This document shows, in pieces, positions 37,239 through 46,669 of a stretch of DNA of 64,000 nucleotides (position 1 is its first letter; every line of letters starts with the position of its first letter). The stretch comes from a virus. The notes below the pieces were generated by a model that saw only the letters and a program-made list of their open reading frames with translations, had not been told where the DNA came from and searched no databases. Both the position numbers and the translations under genes were made by a program. The DNA is taken from IMG/VR virus record IMGVR_UViG_3300040816_000831, one strand, 5' to 3'.

Positions 37239-37813
37239 TACATAAACAGCTCAAGTTTTTCTTTCTCTCGCTTCTTCTCCTCTTTTGCAAATTTCTTAAT
37301 AGCTTCATCTTTAGTACGTATAGTACCAATCCTTTGTCTTAATGTATCAACATAAGCCATCGTTTGTTCAGCGCCTTCATTGTCCATACCCATTTGTACA
37401 AAATCTTCAATACCCATTTTCTCAATGAATTTAAATTTGATATCTTGTTGTTTCTTTTCTTTAGTTATTCTACGTATAAAAGCAAAATAACATATTTGAG
37501 TGAAGTATGAAAATGCATTAGGTTTACCTGTTCTTGTAGCAGTTTCAATGTTATAGTTTCCTATTGCTCTTAAGCAATTTTCAACGGCATCCATAACCAT
37601 TTCTTCTCTATAAGTGTACCGAACGAAGTTCGGTCTGTGAGACAGTCCCTCTGATATTCTAATGAAACATTTTGCAATGTAATCAGGAACAGTAGGAACT
37701 TTTTTATCAGCCTTTCTGCATGCATGAGCTTCTACTGCATAATCCATAACGGCTTCAGAGAATTCTCTATTGTTAACGTAATGTGGTTTATCTTTTGGTT
37801 TGACCTTAGTCAT
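37238..37813 (-). CDS. gp55: Late sigma factor
   Basis: HYVNN, RPNF..YTYREEM..D, NAFSYFTQI. Confidence 0.95.
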   Translation of the reverse strand: MTKVKPKDKPHYVNNREFSEAVMDYAVEAHACRKADKKVPTVPDYIAKCFIRISEGLSHRPNFVRYTYREEMVMDAVENCLRAIGNYNIETATRTGKPNAFSYFTQICYFAFIRRITKEKKQQDIKFKFIEKMGIEDFVQMGMDNEGAEQTMAYVDTLRQRIGTIRTKDEAIKKFAKEEKKREKEKLELFM

Positions 37814-37835
37814 AATATTTTCTCCATAATATACT

Positions 37836-37864
37836 ATTATACCACATTTTGGCGTAAAAGTAAA
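37836..37864 (-). promoter_or_regulatory. Early promoter (gp55)
   Basis: TTTACT-N17-TATAAT. Confidence 0.75.
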
Positions 37865-37909
37865 GGAATAATTTAATTAAATTTATTTCACTTTTTTGTG
37901 AAAAAGTCC

Positions 37910-37938
37910 TTTACATTTGCCTGTTTTTATGGTATAAT
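37910..37938 (+). promoter_or_regulatory. Early-type promoter on the plus strand (antisense, no downstream ORF)
   Basis: GTGAAAAAGTCC-TTTACA-N17(..TATGG)-TATAAT. Confidence 0.7.
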
Positions 37939-37971
37939 ATATTAACACCCGGAGCGGTAGAGGATACTATA

Positions 37972-38370
37972 TTAATGTAGTGTTCTCTTTTTATCCAGCT
38001 CAATGAGTGGTTCCTCATCATATAAGTCAGTACCAGTTGCAAGACGAGACTCGTACTCTTGTAAGAGCTCTTGGTCTGTTTTGGTCTGAACTGTTTGAAT
38101 CGGATTATCCATTTTAAGAGCAAAGTTTACATACGTATCTTTTATAGTCTCTGCTATAGGTACGTGCTGTATTATATTATTCTTAAAAACTTTAAATTGT
38201 TTTGCTTCGCTGAAAGGAAACCATGCTACAAATTGTATACCACCCAACACACTTGGATTGAGTTTAACTGGTCTTTCAATGATAAAGTTATCATCATTCT
38301 TAATAGCGACAAGACCAATAATCTCTTCGCCATTCATTAATTTGAAGTGTCTTATATTTAATCCTTCCAT
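37972..38370 (-). CDS. Conserved Sm-like hypothetical protein downstream of uvsW
   Basis: FKLMNGEEIIG motif; late promoter at 38377-38384. Confidence 0.7.
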   Translation of the reverse strand: MEGLNIRHFKLMNGEEIIGLVAIKNDDNFIIERPVKLNPSVLGGIQFVAWFPFSEAKQFKVFKNNIIQHVPIAETIKDTYVNFALKMDNPIQTVQTKTDQELLQEYESRLATGTDLYDEEPLIELDKKRTLH

Positions 38371-38371
38371 A

Positions 38372-39868
38372 TTATATATTTATATCAAACATTTTGTAGT
38401 TAAATCGCTCCTTAGAATATATTTTAATTCTTTCAGCTGCATGTTGTAGGGTATAGTTCTTTTGATTTTTCCAGTGTAAGTCATCTGCTATATCATATAT
38501 CTTTGTATCTTGACCATCTTCACTCTTCCTTAATCCTCTCCCGATTGATTGTAGGACTCTAATTTGACTCTTGCTTGGAGAGGCAAATATAATATTATGA
38601 AGATTACGTATATTAATCCCAGTAGAAAAAGTCCCAATACTTGCGACAATAATCGCGTCTTTCTCTTTCTCGGTAATCTCACGGACTGACTCTCTTGTAT
38701 CGACATCGGTTTCTCCAGATACGTAAAATAGCTTTCTTTTTTCTGGCATTTTATCTTGCAACATTGAATGTAAAGGTTTGCCATGTTTATCCACATAATT
38801 AAAGAGTATCAATGTATTTCCTTTTTGGTCTAAAGCTAAATTACTTATAAAGGTATTTCTTGGTTCATATCTTACAATAAAATCTAGTTCTTGTTGATAT
38901 TTCTCTTTAACTATCTGCTTACAGTATTCTTCTTTATATTTTAATATAAGTATATTTATATCTAATTGACTTAAATCGTCATTATCCATTAATTCTTTTG
39001 TAGTTGTCACTTGATATACTGGACCAAATAATCCTTCCAATACAAGCTGATGAGTTTGAGTTCCGTCCAATGTTCCAGTAGTACCAATACGATATTTTGC
39101 TTCAGTACATTTCTCTAATATACTCGTTAACGACTTAGCTTTAAAATTATGTGCTTCATCTCCTATCACCATCCCAAAACCGGCGAACCAAGATTGTGGT
39201 AATTTATAAACTGATTGCCAAGTTGATATAATAACTCTCTGATTTACGTTATGTTTCTCTCTACCTGAATATATTCTATGGCAATTATCGGCATGAGACC
39301 AAGTATCCTTAGAAGAATAGTCTCCGAAATCAGAATACATTTGCTCTACCAATGATGTTGTAGGTACTATAAGCAAAACATTACCTTCAAAAACATCAAG
39401 GTAATATCGTATAGCCAAATATATGATTAAACTCTTCCCAGAAGCAGTAGGTGATAGCAATAACGTTTTTTCCTGAGAAAGCGTGTGCGACAGTCCCTCC
39501 AACTGATATGGGCGGGGTGTTATATCAGCTCCATTCACAGAAAGGGCCATTTGTGATAATAGCCCATTTATGTCAGGGCTGAGGGATGACTGCAGTGCAC
39601 CATAGGTAGGGGAATCAACCACTTCTAGGGTATAATCTCTCACGTCACAAAACTCCTGCAAATATTTGTGCAATCCTGTATATAATGTTTTCTTTCTAGA
39701 GTCAAATAATCTTATTTTGCCATCCCACATTCTATTTCTATATGCAGGCATAAACTTATAACCTGGAACAAAGAACTGGAAATGTTCTGATAGTTCCATC
39801 TCAATTGATGGGTCGCATTGGATGTTTAAGAAGACTTCATTCTTCTTTTGAATAGTGACAGTATCCAT
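38372..39868 (-). CDS. uvsW: SF2 DNA helicase
   Basis: PTASGKS, DEAH, TGT, QSIGRGLR. Confidence 0.96.
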   Translation of the reverse strand: MDTVTIQKKNEVFLNIQCDPSIEMELSEHFQFFVPGYKFMPAYRNRMWDGKIRLFDSRKKTLYTGLHKYLQEFCDVRDYTLEVVDSPTYGALQSSLSPDINGLLSQMALSVNGADITPRPYQLEGLSHTLSQEKTLLLSPTASGKSLIIYLAIRYYLDVFEGNVLLIVPTTSLVEQMYSDFGDYSSKDTWSHADNCHRIYSGREKHNVNQRVIISTWQSVYKLPQSWFAGFGMVIGDEAHNFKAKSLTSILEKCTEAKYRIGTTGTLDGTQTHQLVLEGLFGPVYQVTTTKELMDNDDLSQLDINILILKYKEEYCKQIVKEKYQQELDFIVRYEPRNTFISNLALDQKGNTLILFNYVDKHGKPLHSMLQDKMPEKRKLFYVSGETDVDTRESVREITEKEKDAIIVASIGTFSTGINIRNLHNIIFASPSKSQIRVLQSIGRGLRKSEDGQDTKIYDIADDLHWKNQKNYTLQHAAERIKIYSKERFNYKMFDINI

Positions 39869-40314
39869 TAGACTCCGCTAGTAAATTTTCTCCACTCAAT
39901 CATGTTTTTTATATTTTGGTGTCGCCATTTAACGTTTTCTAATATCTCTTTTAATGTACTACAAACTTCTTCAAGATACTGTATTTTTGCCTGATGTTCT
40001 TGTATCACTGGGTCGGCATTATAGTAATAGTCCATATCGCCTTTTAATACAGTGAGTCCATTTAATGGGTCATAGTCCCAGCCTTTTTCATCTATCTGTT
40101 CTTTACTCATTTTGCCATTATAATGCATCCACTTGTCTTTAAGTATAACCTTAAATTCAAGTTCAGCTTTCTTGAGTTTCATACGATTTATTGAAAGAAG
40201 TTCTAGGTATTTACCATGTAATTTAGCGGAATCTCTTGATGTCTCATCTAAATTCATTTCATCGATGATTGAGTCAGTTTTCCACATTTCTAAGATTTGT
40301 TGCAAATTATTCAT
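39868..40314 (-). CDS. uvsY: Recombination mediator
   Basis: LHGKYL, YYNAD, IKNMIEWRKF; early promoter at 40322-40350. Confidence 0.92.
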   Translation of the reverse strand: MNNLQQILEMWKTDSIIDEMNLDETSRDSAKLHGKYLELLSINRMKLKKAELEFKVILKDKWMHYNGKMSKEQIDEKGWDYDPLNGLTVLKGDMDYYYNADPVIQEHQAKIQYLEEVCSTLKEILENVKWRHQNIKNMIEWRKFTSGV

Positions 40315-40358
40315 AATATATATTATACCATATTTTAGTGTATTTGTAAACGGTTTTT

Positions 40359-40829
40359 TTACTTAAATTCAAAATAAGTGTAACCAAATCCAACATCCAT
40401 TTGAACAAATTCAACGCTTTCAGCTTGTGCGTTAAATTCTATAGGTGCCATACTTGTTGGAAACACTCCTTTGAATTCAACTTCTTTAACTACATTATTG
40501 TGGGATGTAAGTATAAGAAGAGTAGCATCGACCTTTAAATCTTCTGCATCTTTTTGCTGAGCAATTTTATGCATCCAATCAAAAGTCTCTATATAGTTAT
40601 CTAGGTTTTCTGTTATATTAATACGTAATGATAAATCATCAAATGTAATTCTATCACCTGTAAATGCTAAATTTACTCCACGATAACTTTGTTCGGCTTT
40701 AGTCATACTAAGACCTGGCAACGTAGCCGCAACAGCAAAATATTCTAAATTAGGATAAAGATTGCTGGAAATTTTAAATTGAAATCCTACTGGACTTAAA
40801 AAATTCTTATTTGTAGTTAACGTTGCCAT
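40359..40829 (-). CDS. gp3: Tail completion / sheath stabiliser
   Basis: NFLSPVGFQF, LPG, GD, ENLDNY, FPTS; late promoter at 40835-40842. Confidence 0.88.
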   Translation of the reverse strand: MATLTTNKNFLSPVGFQFKISSNLYPNLEYFAVAATLPGLSMTKAEQSYRGVNLAFTGDRITFDDLSLRINITENLDNYIETFDWMHKIAQQKDAEDLKVDATLLILTSHNNVVKEVEFKGVFPTSMAPIEFNAQAESVEFVQMDVGFGYTYFEFK

Positions 40830-40850
40830 ATATCTATTTATACGAGTTTA

Positions 40851-41066
40851 TTACTTACTATTAACAAATTCGTTTAATTCACCAGCAATTGCTATCACAT
40901 CGCCTGCGCTAATTGAAGCGGCTGGTAAAGGTTTCTTATCATCTGGATGATTATCGTTATGCATATAAATTGCATCGACTTTTCTCTGGATGTTTTGCTC
41001 TAATAAACCTTGAGCTTGGTGTAGTAAGTCGGCTCTTATTTCAAAGCCTGATTTTCCGTTTGACAT
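40851..41066 (-). CDS. Conserved small hypothetical protein
   Basis: GFEIRADLL..A...A.ELNEFV; AGGAG RBS. Confidence 0.7.
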   Translation of the reverse strand: MSNGKSGFEIRADLLHQAQGLLEQNIQRKVDAIYMHNDNHPDDKKPLPAASISAGDVIAIAGELNEFVNSK

Positions 41067-41122
41067 ATTTTTCTCCTGTGTGTATGTGTCTGTACTTTAG
41101 TGTACCTATTATATATACACAT

Positions 41123-41150
41123 AAAAAAAGGGTCTCCGAAGAAACCCTTT
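41123..41150 (-). terminator. gp23 terminator with C(UUCG)G tetraloop
   Basis: AAAGGGTTTC-TTCG-GAGACCCTTT followed by a U run. Confidence 0.9.
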
Positions 41151-41178
41151 AGTCGAATTAGATTTAACTAATTACAGT

Positions 41179-42504
41179 TTACACCATAATGTCGTCAACT
41201 CTGAAGATTCTGAAGTACTGGTTAGCACGGTTAGTACCGACGCCATCAGCAGCTACGAATGGATTTGCAACCATACCGTATCTTGTTTTGAATCCCATTC
41301 TTGGTTGGAAGTCGTTCTCACCCACTGCTTTAACCATAGTTAAAGGTACGTAAGGACAGTAGAACATACCAGCGTCATACGGGTTTGTTCCTCTATAACC
41401 AACACAAACAAAGTCTTGAGTAGCATAAGGGTCTATGTAAACTTTAACTCTTCCGTTAAGAACACCAGCAAAAGTATTACCTGTGTCATCAACGTTTAAG
41501 TTAGCTGATAAAGCTGGAGTATAATCCAACATTCCAGCAGCTGCTAAAGCTGAAGCAACGTCTGAAGAACAGATAACAAAATTACCTTTTCCACGTCTTG
41601 TTTCTTTAGCGATAACGTTACATTCTCTCTCTATTTGCATGATAAGACCTTTAAATCTCTCTACCATCCATCTACCGTCTGAGTCTGTGTTAACATCAAA
41701 AATACCTGAAACAGCAGTTGAAGTTTGTAAAGCACCAATTTTTGCTTTAGTTAGAATAGTTCTAACAACTTCTCTGTTGATTTCAGCTAAAATTTCAGCT
41801 GATAAGATATTAGCAAGTTCGCCTTCAGCGTCCAATCCATGAACTGCTTTAAGGTCTTGTGCTAATTCCATTGTGTACTCAGCTTTTAGAGCTCTTGACT
41901 TAGCTGTTACTGTTGATTTCTCGATTGAGAACGCCATCTCTCCGAAAGCGCCATCACCAGTTTCGCCAACTCCTAATCTTTCAGCCGCAGCTGTAGATAA
42001 ACCAGTACCGAATGTAGATACTGTATCAGCTTCGTCAGCGATTGTACCATCAGTATCAGCATCAGTTACACCACCTAAACCAGTTGGTTCAGCTTGATGT
42101 GTACCTGTTCCTGAGAAGTCAGTGTCAGCTTCATTAAATAAAGCTTCAGTACCGCCCTGAGTTGAGTATTTTGATTTCATTGCGAAGATAAGTCCTGTAG
42201 GACCACTCATTGGCTGAACGCCAGCGATATCATAAGCAATAAGGTTAGGCATTGCACGTCTGACTAAAGAGATTAATACTGGGTCAAATGAACCAATATT
42301 ACCGCCGCCAATGTTATTGGCTGCTGCAGCTTCAGAAATATAATTTCCTTGTGCTTGAACTCTTTCTTCTTGTAGTGCAATTTCTTGGTTTTCTAACAAT
42401 CTAGCTGTTACGGCTTTCTTGTAGTTATCCTGGATAGGTGATACTGATTCGTGATCGAGTACAGCACCCCATTTTTCCATTAAGTTTTTGTCTGCATTAA
42501 ACAT
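41179..42504 (-). CDS. gp23: Major capsid protein
   Basis: GVQPMSGPTGLIFAM, SRALKAEYT.ELAQDLKA.HG, GFKTRYG. Confidence 0.98.
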   Translation of the reverse strand: MFNADKNLMEKWGAVLDHESVSPIQDNYKKAVTARLLENQEIALQEERVQAQGNYISEAAAANNIGGGNIGSFDPVLISLVRRAMPNLIAYDIAGVQPMSGPTGLIFAMKSKYSTQGGTEALFNEADTDFSGTGTHQAEPTGLGGVTDADTDGTIADEADTVSTFGTGLSTAAAERLGVGETGDGAFGEMAFSIEKSTVTAKSRALKAEYTMELAQDLKAVHGLDAEGELANILSAEILAEINREVVRTILTKAKIGALQTSTAVSGIFDVNTDSDGRWMVERFKGLIMQIERECNVIAKETRRGKGNFVICSSDVASALAAAGMLDYTPALSANLNVDDTGNTFAGVLNGRVKVYIDPYATQDFVCVGYRGTNPYDAGMFYCPYVPLTMVKAVGENDFQPRMGFKTRYGMVANPFVAADGVGTNRANQYFRIFRVDDIMV

Positions 42505-42514
42505 TTTTTTTTCC

Positions 42515-43657
42515 TTAATTATTAAAGTTTGTTATAGCTTGTGTGTATTTAGCCATAGTGTCAGAAACGTCTGAATCGACAGTTCCTTCTCCTAATAAGC
42601 TATCTACTTCATCCACTGATTCACTAGACTCATTTTTAAAGTATGATTCTTTAACAGTTTTTACTTTCATTTCGAAAGATTCTTTGTTATCAAAATCGAT
42701 ATCTTCTACTAATGATGCTAATTTTTCAGCTTCAGTTTCTGCAAGCCCTGATGATTGTTCTCTTACTACAGCTTGTTTTTCAAATTCTTGAACTTTAGCA
42801 TGTAACTCAATATTATCATCTGTGGTTTTATTTAAAGTCTCTTCTAGCTCAGTAACTTGTTCTGATAAATCATCAACTAAGTCCACTTTACCTTCAGGTA
42901 CTTCTATGTAGTGTTCTTTAAACACCGCTTGTAATGAAGTCATAAACTCTTCAGCAATTTCAGTCCTAAGACCTTCTTGTACTTGGAGTTGGTTCTCTTC
43001 CATCCAACCTTCGACTACGTAGTTAAGATATGAATCTACCTTTTCTACAAGTGAAGAATGAACTTCTGAAACTTCTTCTTCTAAATTTTGCGCATATTCT
43101 GCTTCAAGTCTATCAACTTCTTCGCTTAACTTACTAGTAAGTACTGCTTCGAATATAATAGATGCTTTTTCACGGAATCCTTCGCTTAAAGTAGCTTCTT
43201 CTTTAATGATTGCATCTATATCATCTGAAAAGTCAATAGCCTCAACTGCAGCTTTCGCTTTAGGTTCTGGCATTTTGCTTGATACAGCATTTTCTGCATC
43301 CTTTTCTGATTTAATATTTGCAGGTTCACTATCGATAGTAACTAGCTTAGAGTAAAGTTTTTTTGCGTCTTCTGATTTAGCCTTCTTTAGCATATCAACT
43401 GTTGCTTGAATAACTCCAGCTTTAGTTTTTGGAATTTCAACTTGAGGTGCGTCTTCTTTGACTTCCTCTTCGTCTTCTTCTTCTTCTACTGGTTCTTCTT
43501 TAGAGTCGGAGTGTTTCATAGCATTAACTTTTTTCTTGTCTTTGCCATAAGTCTCTTCAAGTGATTCCTCATCTAAATTTTCATTTTCAACGAGAGCATC
43601 AACTTGCTCTTCTTCAACAGAGGATACTATTTCTGACTGATTTCTGTCGTCTGACAT
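42515..43657 (-). CDS. gp22: Prohead scaffold protein
   Basis: Acidic; LSEGFREKA..IFEA, KVDSYLNYVVE.W. Confidence 0.93.
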   Translation of the reverse strand: MSDDRNQSEIVSSVEEEQVDALVENENLDEESLEETYGKDKKKVNAMKHSDSKEEPVEEEEDEEEVKEDAPQVEIPKTKAGVIQATVDMLKKAKSEDAKKLYSKLVTIDSEPANIKSEKDAENAVSSKMPEPKAKAAVEAIDFSDDIDAIIKEEATLSEGFREKASIIFEAVLTSKLSEEVDRLEAEYAQNLEEEVSEVHSSLVEKVDSYLNYVVEGWMEENQLQVQEGLRTEIAEEFMTSLQAVFKEHYIEVPEGKVDLVDDLSEQVTELEETLNKTTDDNIELHAKVQEFEKQAVVREQSSGLAETEAEKLASLVEDIDFDNKESFEMKVKTVKESYFKNESSESVDEVDSLLGEGTVDSDVSDTMAKYTQAITNFNN

Positions 43658-43669
43658 AATAGTTTTCTC

Positions 43670-44326
43670 CTATTTTAGATTTAATTTAGAGAGGAAATTT
43701 TTAAACGCTCTTATTTCAGCTTCATGCAAATTTTTGCTAGGAGCACGTCTAATTTCAGTCTCAATTTCTTCAATATCTTGTTGTCTAATAAGGCCGTTAT
43801 CCCATACCCATTCAACACCTTCCATAACTCCATTTACAAACGCACTTGGAGCACTTGGGTCTTGAACGATATCTACTGTGGCCAACATAAAGTCGTCCCC
43901 CACGTAACTAGCGCCATTCTTTTGTACAAGACTTCCCATACCACGACTTGAAACACCAAGCTTAACTCCACCCTCGAGTAGTCCTTCGACTATTTTTCCC
44001 ATAGGGGTTTTAAGTATTGATGCCTTTCCTACAACATCATTTCCTTGCCAATGCAAATCTGTGATTTTGTGTGAAACTTTATCAAGGTTAACTGTTGGTC
44101 CTTCTGGATGATTTAACTCTCCAACAGCTCTCCCTGTTTTAACTTGTTCGGTAACGTATTTATCTACAGCTTTCTCTAATGAAGCTTTTTCGTAAATACG
44201 ACCGTTTCTGTTCTTTTTATTCGATTGCATGAACACACCTTCGATAAAATAGTCTCTAGAACCATCTTTCTTTTGTTCACAAATCGTTTCTATATTTTGT
44301 TCTACGTATTCTGTTATTAATTTCAT
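43670..44326 (-). CDS. gp21: Prohead protease
   Basis: NRNGR.Y, GELNHP, GVSSRGMGS, DPSAP.A. Confidence 0.97.
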   Translation of the reverse strand: MKLITEYVEQNIETICEQKKDGSRDYFIEGVFMQSNKKNRNGRIYEKASLEKAVDKYVTEQVKTGRAVGELNHPEGPTVNLDKVSHKITDLHWQGNDVVGKASILKTPMGKIVEGLLEGGVKLGVSSRGMGSLVQKNGASYVGDDFMLATVDIVQDPSAPSAFVNGVMEGVEWVWDNGLIRQQDIEEIETEIRRAPSKNLHEAEIRAFKNFLSKLNLK

Positions 44327-44346
44327 TTAAATACCTAGTGAGAGGA

Positions 44347-44535
44347 TTAATCCTCTTCTGTTACTTGTTCTTCTTCAGCAGTAACTGCAACACGCTGGTT
44401 AAGTCCTGACGCAATTTCTATTTTCTTTGCATCAAGAGCAGCTGTCATTTTTGCAGCCATAACAGTATTAAACTGTTTATTTGCTGAAACGTTATCTCCA
44501 TCTTGTAGATTTTTTATCAATTCATTTACATTCAT
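44347..44535 (-). CDS. gp67: Prohead core protein (gp67-like)
   Basis: Size and position between gp20 and gp21; late promoter at 44555-44562. Confidence 0.65.
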   Translation of the reverse strand: MNVNELIKNLQDGDNVSANKQFNTVMAAKMTAALDAKKIEIASGLNQRVAVTAEEEQVTEED

Positions 44536-44565
44536 TTGTTTATCCTTGTTTATATATTTATATTA

Positions 44566-46068
44566 TTATGCATCCCAACGAGGGTCATCTGCATCTGGAG
44601 TATCATTATCTCCACTTTTTGTCTCCTGGTCGATTTGTTTTTGAATTTCTTCAATCTCATCGTCAGTCTGACGTAATACGTTTTTACGTATCCATTCATT
44701 TGAAATATATTTGCCTACGTATTGGTCTAAAGAACTTAACATATCAAATCTTTCTCTCAACATTTCTGATTGTTTTAATTCAGAAAAGTAGTTATCTTCT
44801 ATAAAATCAAAGGCAATACTTTCTTTCCAATCTTTCCAATCACTCTCAGTAATAATACCTTTAAGTAATAATTGAGTTTTTAATAGTTGCATAAACAAAT
44901 CAGAGAATCTTTTTCTTAATCTGTCTATGAACTTCTTAAACTTTACTTCGTCTCTTGTAATCTCAGATGTTCTTCCAAGACTGAATTGAGCTTCTTGTTC
45001 TAATCTATTAACTGGAACATTCAATGACTTATACAATTTCTTCTGGAAATATATAATATCATCTATTTGTCCTAAGTTTTCGCCGCCTGGTAGCGTAGTG
45101 ATTTCAGTTCCTCTTCCACCTTCTCTTCGTGGTAAGAAGAAATCTTCCAACATACTCATATGTTTTCTGTCGTCTTTGATATCACCAGTCTTAGCATCAT
45201 ATACCAATTTGTTTCTATATTGATTCATAATACCTCTTAGGTATTCTTCAGCCTTACCTTTAGGTAAGTTACCAACATCAATATAAAATATCCTACGTTC
45301 TGGGGCACGTGATATTCTGTATATAACCAATGAATCTTCCATCATTCTAAGTTGATTTACTGGTTTTAATGCTTTATGTAAATAAGATAGAATTCTTTTT
45401 CTACCTGGGTCCATTACACCCGATGTACAATATGCAATTGCATCAGGATATATTTTTAAACCTTGTTCTGCGCCATTCATTGTCTTATCTTGAAATAAGA
45501 AAAACTCATCTACTTTCTTAATAAGTTTTGCGCCTGTCTTAGGGTCTTGTTGTTCCTCAATCTCTTTAACTTTTCTTAGTTTAGTTGGGTCAATGTACCT
45601 AAGTTCTTTTATTCCTTTCTTTGGATTTTTACTATCAATTATAATATGATATGGTAATCTACCATCTATATACCATTTACGATATATATCATGAGCATAA
45701 GCATTAAAGTTTAATAATTTTAATACTTCTTCAAACTCAAATTTAATAGCTTCTTTAATTTTATCTGATAAATCTAATTCATCTAATACTATATTAACAG
45801 GAGCTTCATCGTTATCTCCTACTATTGATTCATTTATTATATCCTCAACAGCTGCATCGCATTCTGGCTGTGATGCTATATCTCTATATTTTAATATTAA
45901 TTCAACTTCATTTTTGACCTTATCACCATCCATGTCGATGTATGCGCCAAAATGACCGCCAGCTTGTATAACACCTGAACCATCCTCGTCCGTTTTAGGG
46001 ACGAATGAAGGTAGCTCTTTCGCATTAGCTAATTTTCTTTTTATTTCAAAACCGAATAGTTCTGCCAT
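44566..46068 (-). CDS. gp20: Portal protein
   Basis: RAPERRIFYIDVGNLPK, LPRREGGRGTEI; late promoter at 46120-46127. Confidence 0.98.
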   Translation of the reverse strand: MAELFGFEIKRKLANAKELPSFVPKTDEDGSGVIQAGGHFGAYIDMDGDKVKNEVELILKYRDIASQPECDAAVEDIINESIVGDNDEAPVNIVLDELDLSDKIKEAIKFEFEEVLKLLNFNAYAHDIYRKWYIDGRLPYHIIIDSKNPKKGIKELRYIDPTKLRKVKEIEEQQDPKTGAKLIKKVDEFFLFQDKTMNGAEQGLKIYPDAIAYCTSGVMDPGRKRILSYLHKALKPVNQLRMMEDSLVIYRISRAPERRIFYIDVGNLPKGKAEEYLRGIMNQYRNKLVYDAKTGDIKDDRKHMSMLEDFFLPRREGGRGTEITTLPGGENLGQIDDIIYFQKKLYKSLNVPVNRLEQEAQFSLGRTSEITRDEVKFKKFIDRLRKRFSDLFMQLLKTQLLLKGIITESDWKDWKESIAFDFIEDNYFSELKQSEMLRERFDMLSSLDQYVGKYISNEWIRKNVLRQTDDEIEEIQKQIDQETKSGDNDTPDADDPRWDA

Positions 46069-46130
46069 ATATTCCTCACTACATTATCAGAGGGGACATA
46101 ATATCCCCTCTTCTAATATTATTTATATAC

Positions 46131-46658
46131 CTAAGAAGTAGTGTCAGATTCCCAGTATTGTACTTGGAATTCAACTGTGAACTCTTCAATAGTATTTTCT
46201 GAGTCATAACTTACTTCTATCTCAGAGATATTAGTTGGAAATAGACCTCTAAAGTCATATTTCTTCGTAACTTCTCCAGCTTTATTCAATTGTTCTACAA
46301 CTGCGTCAGCTTGATAGTCGGTAGGATTAGATAATCCTGTGTTTTCGTTATGTCCATTAATACCATTCATCCAACGTTCCATAGCGTTACGAACTGTGAA
46401 ATCAACATCGTTGATTACAGTAATTGTCCAAGGGTCAAATGTTCTGTCACCAGCTATTTGCAATGTTCTACCTCTGAATAATACAGGGATAGGTGCAATA
46501 ATTGATGCAGGCATTTGAGCTGTTTTACACATAAAGGATGTTTGTTCAACATCACCTCGTGCATAACTTGGATAGTTCATAGTCACCTTGAAAAGGTTAG
46601 ACCTTGCTCCACCGCCTACTAATTTTGATTTAAAATCGTCTACGCCTAATATTGCCAT
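46131..46658 (-). CDS. gp19: Tail tube protein
   Basis: GGARSNLF, AGDRTF.PW..T, IEEF.V. Confidence 0.96.
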   Translation of the reverse strand: MAILGVDDFKSKLVGGGARSNLFKVTMNYPSYARGDVEQTSFMCKTAQMPASIIAPIPVLFRGRTLQIAGDRTFDPWTITVINDVDFTVRNAMERWMNGINGHNENTGLSNPTDYQADAVVEQLNKAGEVTKKYDFRGLFPTNISEIEVSYDSENTIEEFTVEFQVQYWESDTTS

Positions 46659-46669
46659 GTCTTAATCTC

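Noticed and set aside
46089-46112. Hairpin between gp19 and gp20 as a terminator
   Set aside because: No U tract, and it lies downstream of the gp20 late promoter; more likely a 5' leader stem
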